64,000 nt of DNA from an uncultured delta proteobacterium. GTDB lineage: Bacteria > Desulfobacterota > Binatia > UBA9968. The notes below the pieces were generated by a model. The model was given only the letters and a program-made list of their open reading frames with translations, did not search any database and was not told the origin of the DNA. Where the stretch lies: NCBI GenBank assembly GCA_963771465.1, contig CAVYTU010000014.1, positions 640,001 through 704,000 on the forward strand, in the 5' to 3' direction. Position 1 is the stretch's first letter. The number at the start of each line of letters is the position of its first letter. The translations under genes and the position numbers were made by a program. Below, piece by piece: positions 57,833 through 64,000 of the stretch.

Positions 57833-58843
57833 ATGTTAGTCGACACGCTTCAACGGCCGGTCAAGGACTTACGAATCTCGGTCACCGACCGGTGTAACTT
57901 CCGCTGCACCTATTGCATGCCCTTGGACGAGTACGAGTGGATCGATAAACGGGAGATTTTGACCTTCGAAGAGATCACCCGATTAGCCAAACTGTTTATC
58001 CAATGCGGCGTGGAAAAGATTCGCCTGACCGGCGGCGAACCGTTGGTGCGTCAGGATTTGGATCATTTGGTCGAAAAACTTGCCGCCCTCGATGGCCTTA
58101 AAGACCTCTGTCTTACCACCAATGGCGCGCTCCTGGCCGAACGGATCGGCGCGCTTAAACGGGCGGGTTTGCGGCGCGTTAACGTCAGCATCGATACTTT
58201 GGACGCCGACAAATTCAAGCGCATGACCAAACGCGGCGATCTAAACAAGGTGCTCGACGGCATCTTCGCCGCCAAGGCGGCCGGGCTTAAGCCGATCAAG
58301 TTAAATGCCGTTGTCGAGCGCGGCGTCAATGACGATGATATTTTGCCCCTGGTCGAGTTTTCCCGCGAGCATGGTTTCGCCATGCGCTTCATCGAGTACA
58401 TGGACGTTGGCAACGCCAACAAATGGACCTCGGCGAAACTAGTTTCAAAGAAAGAAATTATCGCAAAGATCGCCGCGCGCTATCCGCTCAAGGAAATCGG
58501 CCGCGATCAAGGCAGCGCGCCGTCGGTGGATTACGAATTTGTCGACGGCCAGGGCGATATCGGTGTGATCGCCTCGGTGACCGAGCCGTTTTGCTCGAGC
58601 TGTACGCGCGCGCGGGTTACCGCCGATGGTAGGATCGTGACTTGCCTGTTTTCCGACGTCGGCCACGATGTCAAGGCCAAGCTTCGAGCCGGCGCGACGG
58701 ACGCGGACATCGCCGATTTCATCGCCAACATCTGGCGCAACCGAACCGACCGTTATTCGGCGCAGCGTTTAGAAGCGCTCAATACTTCGACCTACGATCC
58801 CAAGAGCCACAAGAAAATCGAAATGATTTCGCTCGGCGGCTGA
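57833..58843 (+). CDS. moaA: GTP 3',8-cyclase
   Basis: LRISVTDRCNFRCTYCMP, RLTGGEP, FIEYMD, FCSSCTR..TCLF, C-terminal LGG. Confidence 0.96.
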   Translation: MLVDTLQRPVKDLRISVTDRCNFRCTYCMPLDEYEWIDKREILTFEEITRLAKLFIQCGVEKIRLTGGEPLVRQDLDHLVEKLAALDGLKDLCLTTNGALLAERIGALKRAGLRRVNVSIDTLDADKFKRMTKRGDLNKVLDGIFAAKAAGLKPIKLNAVVERGVNDDDILPLVEFSREHGFAMRFIEYMDVGNANKWTSAKLVSKKEIIAKIAARYPLKEIGRDQGSAPSVDYEFVDGQGDIGVIASVTEPFCSSCTRARVTADGRIVTCLFSDVGHDVKAKLRAGATDADIADFIANIWRNRTDRYSAQRLEALNTSTYDPKSHKKIEMISLGG

Positions 58844-58868
58844 TCGAGTCCGCGGCGTCGACCTCGAT

Positions 58869-59147
58869 TTACGGCAGCAGGCCGCGCCGCGCTAAGCTTG
58901 CGCGCTGTTCGGCGGTGAGATTGTCCATACGGACATAGCCGCGATCTTCGTAAGTGCGACTGCAGTTTTCAACGAATGAGCCGCTAAAGCTTGCACCGAA
59001 TCCAACGCCGCTCGCACTGCAATCCGCGGTGGCGCCGCTTCCGGGATGGATCATGTTAATCCCTTGGCTTGAACAGCCTGACAGCGTGGCGAAAATGATT
59101 ATCAATGAAAAAAAATAACAGTTGAGACGCCCATGTGAAATCGTCAT
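58869..59147 (-). CDS. Small hypothetical lipoprotein
   Basis: SD GGAGG, lipobox LSGC, two further Cys. Confidence 0.65.
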   Translation of the reverse strand: MTISHGRLNCYFFSLIIIFATLSGCSSQGINMIHPGSGATADCSASGVGFGASFSGSFVENCSRTYEDRGYVRMDNLTAEQRASLARRGLLP

Positions 59148-59333
59148 CGGTCCGCCTCCATCTAAAGCGAATTTATTATTTGCATGATTAGACGAATAAG
59201 TTCGATGAGTGGTAACGTTGACTGCTAATTATTGTATTGCAGGCCAATAACATTTGCCATAGCGACAGTGCCGAAGTTTGCCATGGAGTTTTTGCCTACT
59301 GCTCAGCCTCGGCAATAAAGAATTGTACCGTCG

Positions 59334-60542
59334 ATGACGCTTAAGTTGTCCCGCGACGGTTGGTTGCTGCTGGCAACCTGCGGCGTGCGCTCCCTCGCCT
59401 ACGGCTTTCTCTCGGTCATCCTCGGACTCTATCTCGACGCCATCGGTTTGAGCATGACAGCGATCGGTTGGGTTTTCACAGCGGCGCTCGCCGGTGGCGC
59501 AGTGATGACGATGATCATCACGGCGTTCGCCGACAGCTTCGGCCGAAAGTTTTTGCTCATCGTCGGCGCGCTACTGATGGCGCTCGCCGGTTGGGTGTTT
59601 GCCGTCAGCGATAATCCCATCCTGCTCACCATCGCGGCGATCTTTGGCACAATCAGTCCGTCGGGAAAAGAAGTAGGCCCGTTTCTATCTCTCGAGCAAG
59701 CGATCTTGCCGCAGACCACCAGCGATGAACAGCGCACGGCGGTTTTTTCGGCGTACAATCTCGTCGGCTCGTTCGCCGGCGCGCTCGGTGCGTTGGCGGT
59801 CGGCTTACCGTCATTCTTTTCGTTTACGGCGATTGCCGGTTATAAGTTCCTGATTTGGGGTTATATCGCTTCGGCAGGACTGCTTGCGCTCTTGTTCGCG
59901 CTGCTCTCGCCGATGGTGGAGGCCAAAAAGAAAGCCGACTCGGCGACCCGCAATGTTGGCTTGCGAAAATCCCGTGGCATCGTTGCCAAGCTCGCCGGTC
60001 TTTTTGCTCTTGATGCTTTTGCCGGGGCGTTCATAGTGCAAAGCATCGTGGCCTATTGGTTTTTTCTCCGTTACCAAACTGATTTGAGCGCGCTTGGCGG
60101 GATTTTCTTTGGCACAAACATTCTTGCCGCGCTCTCTTTTCTCGCAGCGCCGGCGATCGCGCGCCGGATCGGCTTGCTCAACACCATGGTATTTACCCAC
60201 CTACCCTCCAATTTTCTGATTCTATTGGTACCGCTGATGCCAAACGTTGAATGGGCCATCGCGGTTTTGCTGGTCCGCTACTCGCTGTCGCAATTGGACG
60301 TGCCGACGCGCCAGTCTTACACGATGGCCGTCGTCGATGCCGACGAACGCGCCGCCGCCGCTGGCGTTCTCTCAGTCGCCCGCAACGCCGGCGCCGCGGT
60401 CGCTCCGCTGTTTACCGGTACTATTCTTGCGGTACCGGCGTTAGGCTTGCCGTTTTTGCTGGCTGGCGGAATTAAGGTGATTTACGATTTATGGATTTTT
60501 GCAGTGTTCCGGCATGTGAAGCCGCCGGAGGAGGAGAAGTAG
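59334..60542 (+). CDS. MFS transporter
   Basis: About 12 TM segments, ADSFGRK motif A, ISPSGKEVGPF, SQLDVPTRQSY. Confidence 0.9.
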   Translation: MTLKLSRDGWLLLATCGVRSLAYGFLSVILGLYLDAIGLSMTAIGWVFTAALAGGAVMTMIITAFADSFGRKFLLIVGALLMALAGWVFAVSDNPILLTIAAIFGTISPSGKEVGPFLSLEQAILPQTTSDEQRTAVFSAYNLVGSFAGALGALAVGLPSFFSFTAIAGYKFLIWGYIASAGLLALLFALLSPMVEAKKKADSATRNVGLRKSRGIVAKLAGLFALDAFAGAFIVQSIVAYWFFLRYQTDLSALGGIFFGTNILAALSFLAAPAIARRIGLLNTMVFTHLPSNFLILLVPLMPNVEWAIAVLLVRYSLSQLDVPTRQSYTMAVVDADERAAAAGVLSVARNAGAAVAPLFTGTILAVPALGLPFLLAGGIKVIYDLWIFAVFRHVKPPEEEK

Positions 60543-60605
60543 TTTCGAGGTAACGCGATCGAATTGCAAGAGCGTTTCAATTGGTTCTATGCTGGTCTAG
60601 AGATG

Positions 60606-60823
60606 TTATCCGATAAAGTCGGCCAAAATTTCAGCTAACCGTCGAAAGAAAAAAGTCATTATCGCCGACAGGAATGCACCGATTAGTACACCTGGCCATA
60701 TCGTTTCAAAGTTCAAGCTGAACGTTGAACGATCAGCCCTAGTAAGATCATGCTTGCTAAGCCACCGCCCACAAAACCTATCACCGCAGAGATCAATCGT
60801 GTTTTTATGTTAGCCTGCATCAT
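60606..60823 (-). pseudogene. Possible frameshifted small 2-TM membrane protein
   Basis: MMQANIKTRLISAVIGFVGGGLASMILLGLIV then, in a shifted frame, TFSLNFETIWPGVLIGAFLSAIMTFFFRRLAEILADFIG-stop; AT-rich. Confidence 0.35.
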
Positions 60824-60875
60824 GGGTTATGGAAGGCTCTGCGTTATCCTGGAAGTATGCTAATGCTGAATAAAA

Positions 60876-61094
60876 TCAGGCTACGGATCTCCAAGCTAAA
60901 GAGAGTCGTTTGTGTGATGTCGCACAGTCGCGAAGATAGAGATTAATTAGCGTTTGGTACGCTATGCCTGAGTCTCGCGACAAGGCTTTAAAATACGCGA
61001 TCGTCGGTTTGTCCATGCGGATAGATACCTTCGCTTTGAGACGTGCGGCGTAGGGATTCCGACGAGCCTTGGAAAAATCGTATTCTCTTTTCAT
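60876..61094 (-). CDS. BrnA/CopG-type antitoxin
   Basis: MKREYDFSKARRNPY, VSIRMD..YFK, YQTLINLYLRDC; start overlaps the toxin stop. Confidence 0.88.
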   Translation of the reverse strand: MKREYDFSKARRNPYAARLKAKVSIRMDKPTIAYFKALSRDSGIAYQTLINLYLRDCATSHKRLSLAWRSVA

Positions 61095-61387
61095 CTTTTC
61101 CACCTTTGATTGTACGTCCTCTGTTCGGTTCGGGTTGCCTTCCGAGCCGAGATGATCCGTATTATTTCATCGGATTCCCGGTAGCAATGCACAACCACGA
61201 GCATCCTCAAGTTAAAACTAATGCCGAGCAGTAAGAGACGTTCTTCTTCCTCGGAATGCCCGGGGTCGTCTATTAAGAGCGCATGTTCATCAATGAACAC
61301 AGTTTTTGCTTCCTCGAATGAGACGTGGTGATCCCGCAGGTTTTGAGCCACTTTCCGATTGTCTCATGTGAAGCGCAACTCGGCCAT
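61091..61387 (-). pseudogene. BrnT family toxin with in-frame TGA at codon 8
   Basis: MAELRFT*DNRKVAQNLRDHHVSFEEAKTVF..HSEEEER..IRIISARKAT; the stop at 61364-61366 replaces the conserved Trp of FxWD. Confidence 0.85.
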
Positions 61388-61484
61388 CGGTATCCACTAA
61401 CTTCATTCTATTCGTAGATCAAGATTCACTCAAGTGCGAGTCTAAAGCGCCTAAATCAATTCGCAGAGCGCGTGAGCTTCCTGT

Positions 61485-62666
61485 ATGTTTCCTTCGATGT
61501 CAGCATTTTTGGAAGTGCTCGGGGTCGCGCTTCGTCTCGGCCTCACTTCCTTCGGTGGGCCGATCGCGCATCTGGGGTATTTTCGTGACGAGTATGTGGT
61601 GCGACGGCAGTGGTTGGATGAGAAAAGTTATGCTGATCTGGTCGCGCTGTGCCAATTTCTCCCCGGGCCGGCGAGTAGTCAGGTGGGGATGGCGATTGGC
61701 ATTGCCCGCGCGGGTTTGCCTGGTGCGTTGGCGGCGTGGCTGGGATTTACTCTGCCGTCTGCGCTGCTGCTGGTCGCGTTTGCCTTCGGTGTTAGTGCGA
61801 TTGACACTGTGGCAGCCGCGGGTTGGTTGCATGGTTTGAAAGTCGTTGCCGTCGCCGTCGTGGCGCAAGCGGTTTGGGGGATGGCAAAGTCGCTTTGCCC
61901 GGATCGCCAACGCGCGACGGTGGCGATTGTCGCAGCGATAGTGACCCTCAGTTGGCCAACGGCTGTTGGCCAACTGCTTTCGATTATCGGCGCAGGTATC
62001 ATCGGTTGGTCATTTCTGGCGCCGGCTACGCTCGCTTCTCAGGCCCACGCGCAGTTTCCCGTAAGCAAGCGCGCGGGTGTGATTGCATGGATTATCTTTT
62101 TCGTTTTATTGCTTGGCCTGCCAGTGATTCGACCGTTGGCGGAGAGTCATTCGCTCGATGTCTTCGATAGTTTTTTTCGTGTCGGTTCATTAGTCTTCGG
62201 CGGCGGACATGTGGTGTTGCCGTTGCTGCAAGCGGAGGTCGTCGGTCCTGGTTGGATCACCAACGAACAATTCGTCGCCGGCTATGGCGCGACCCAGGCA
62301 GTGCCGGGACCGTTGTTTACATTCTCGGCTTATTTGGGCGCTGTCATGAACGGCTGGGGCGGAGCGTTATTGACTCTGGTCGCTATCTTTCTGCCGTCGT
62401 TTCTACTGGTCGTCGGTGCGTTGCCGTTTTGGGATATGTTGCGGGGGAATATAAATTTTCAGTCGGCGCTGAGCGGCATCAACGCCGCGGTTGTTGGATT
62501 GCTTCTGGCTGCGCTCTATCAGCCGGTGTGGACGAGCGCGATTCACGCTCCTGCCGATTTCGCGCTTGGCTTGGTTGGCTTTGGACTGCTGACGTTCTGG
62601 CAATGGCCGCCATGGATTGTGGTGCTCTTGAGCGCCGCGGCGGGCGAGATACTTTCGCGTTTCTGA
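61485..62666 (+). CDS. chrA: Chromate efflux transporter
   Basis: LGLTSFGGPIAHLGYF, CQFLPGPASSQ, VFGGGHVVLPLL, AVPGPLFT. Confidence 0.93.
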   Translation: MFPSMSAFLEVLGVALRLGLTSFGGPIAHLGYFRDEYVVRRQWLDEKSYADLVALCQFLPGPASSQVGMAIGIARAGLPGALAAWLGFTLPSALLLVAFAFGVSAIDTVAAAGWLHGLKVVAVAVVAQAVWGMAKSLCPDRQRATVAIVAAIVTLSWPTAVGQLLSIIGAGIIGWSFLAPATLASQAHAQFPVSKRAGVIAWIIFFVLLLGLPVIRPLAESHSLDVFDSFFRVGSLVFGGGHVVLPLLQAEVVGPGWITNEQFVAGYGATQAVPGPLFTFSAYLGAVMNGWGGALLTLVAIFLPSFLLVVGALPFWDMLRGNINFQSALSGINAAVVGLLLAALYQPVWTSAIHAPADFALGLVGFGLLTFWQWPPWIVVLLSAAAGEILSRF

Positions 62667-62841
62667 CGAAGTTATGGGGACCCGCAGTTTTGACGCCGGC
62701 GATTGCCGGTAAAACGCCGACTGGGCCCGTATGAGAATCGGCATTCTGTGCTTTGTTTGACGGCCTTTGCTTATCCGTCACCGCGCGCTAATATCTCGCT
62801 GGCGCGGCGACGGCGGCACGGTCGCCGAAGGAGCTAAAAGA

Positions 62842-64000
62842 ATGGATATCGGGTTTGAAATTCTCATCATTACTATGTTGATTCTGGTCAACGGTATTTT
62901 CGCCATGTCGGAGATGGCCGTGATCACGGCGCGTAAGTCGCGATTGCAGGATTGGGTTAAGAAAGGAAATAGCCGCGCCAAGGCAGCGTTAGAGCTGGCC
63001 CAATCGCCTAATCGGTTTCTTTCGTCGGTACAGATCGGCATCACGTCGATTGGCATCCTTGCCGGTGTGTTTGCCGGCCGCGGTGTCGCGGTGTGGATGG
63101 CGAATTATTTACAGGCGCTGCCGTTGGTCGGCGAGTATCACCAGCAAATCGGTCTCGGCTTGGTGGTGTTCATCATTACTTATTTTTCGTTGGTGATCGG
63201 TGAACTGGTGCCCAAGCGTCTGGCCCTGCGTCATCCGGAGACGATCGCGACCTGGGTCGCGCTGCCGCTACGTTTGTTCGCGCGCCTCTCCGCGCCGATG
63301 GTGCATTTGCTGAGCCTGTCGACCGAGATTGTCTGCCGCCCATTTGGCAAAACCCAGTCCGATGAGCCGCCCGTGACCGAGGATGAAATCAAAACGCTTG
63401 TGCAGCAGGGAACCGAGGCCGGCGTTTTCGAGGAGAAGGCGGAAGACATGGTTGAAGCGGTGCTCCGCCTTGGCGGCAAGACTGCCCGGTCGCTGATGAC
63501 ACCGCGTACCCAGATCGCCTGGCTGGACCTGGAAAACAGCATGGAAGAGATCCGCGCTAAGATCAGCTCAATCGGTCATTCGCGCTTTCCAGTTGCCGCG
63601 GGCAGTCTCGACAAGGTTACCGGCATCGTCCAGGCGAAGGATATGTTGGCGCTCACGCTCGCCAATAAACCGATCGATCTCAACACATTGATGCAGCAGC
63701 CGCTGTTTGTGCCGCGGACGATTTCGGCCTTGGAATTATTGGAATCCTTCAAAACGAGCAATAAGCATATCGCCCTCGTCGTCGACGAATACGGCGGCAT
63801 CGAAGGCTTGCTCACGCACCATGACATTCTCGAAGCGATCGCCGGCGATATCCCCATCGGCGAACAACCTTCCGATCCAAAGGCGGCGCGGCGCCATGAC
63901 GGCTCGTGGTTGCTCGATGGCATGTTGAGCATCGATGATTTTAAGGAAATATTTCACATCGAAACTTTGCCTGGAGAGAAACGCGATGCGTATCAAACTC
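62842..64000 (+). CDS. Hemolysin family/CorC-HlyC (CNNM + CBS) transporter, 3' truncated by window edge
   Basis: Own translation from ATG 62842 after AAGGAG: LVNGIFAMSEMAVITARKSRL, VQIGIT, GELVPK, LMTPR, HSRFPV, VVDEYGG, IAGDI; absent from the ORF track because it has no stop in the window. Confidence 0.92.
   Translation, partial: MDIGFEILIITMLILVNGIFAMSEMAVITARKSRLQDWVKKGNSRAKAALELAQSPNRFLSSVQIGITSIGILAGVFAGRGVAVWMANYLQALPLVGEYHQQIGLGLVVFIITYFSLVIGELVPKRLALRHPETIATWVALPLRLFARLSAPMVHLLSLSTEIVCRPFGKTQSDEPPVTEDEIKTLVQQGTEAGVFEEKAEDMVEAVLRLGGKTARSLMTPRTQIAWLDLENSMEEIRAKISSIGHSRFPVAAGSLDKVTGIVQAKDMLALTLANKPIDLNTLMQQPLFVPRTISALELLESFKTSNKHIALVVDEYGGIEGLLTHHDILEAIAGDIPIGEQPSDPKAARRHDGSWLLDGMLSIDDFKEIFHIETLPGEKRDAYQT

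Noticed and set aside
59279-59340. Fluoride riboswitch-like ATGGAGTT before the MFS gene
   Set aside because: Flanking stem and downstream GCTRATGACTCCTAC element absent
61364-61366. TGA recoding (Trp/Sec) in brnT
   Set aside because: TGA acts as a normal stop in glnA, ileS and moaA; the position is a Trp site, not a Cys site
62670-62835. Metal-sensing riboswitch before the CorC-like gene
   Set aside because: GC-rich hairpins are present but no yybP-ykoY or M-box consensus was recognised; an Rfam search would settle it

Overview
Bacterial chromosomal window, GC roughly 55-58% by eye, standard genetic code. The gene repertoire (two TctABC sets, NitT/TauT binding proteins, two UbiDs, amidohydrolases, several sigma-54 promoters) resembles Candidatus Binatia/deltaproteobacteria-like soil lineages; this is inference only. 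Contents in order: partial parA and parB; yyaL-like gene; csp; glycosyltransferase; ispH followed by a VOC-cupin-tctBAC-MmgE/PrpD-enolase catabolic cluster; sigma-54 amtB-glnA-glnB; an archaic Csu-type chaperone-usher pilus locus; UbiD plus class II aldolase; acyltransferase; a small HExxH gene before ileS-lspA; Smr; a long minus-strand operon (tctABC, 3-hydroxyacid dehydrogenase, E1a, E1b, M24-fold enzyme, E2, ABC transporter); hybrid kinase; second UbiD; amidohydrolases; a sigma-54 two-component system upstream of a run of small envelope proteins; moaA; MFS; brnTA with a nonsense-mutated toxin; chrA; partial CorC/HlyC gene. Most striking: the usher has three tandem N-terminal domains at an exact 114-aa period, the locus lacks a two-domain adhesin, and its chaperone-usher promoter lies between inverted repeats. 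No tRNA, rRNA, CRISPR array, transposase or integrase was seen. Five genes carry frameshift or nonsense lesions. All calls come from reading motifs by eye; no database searches were run.
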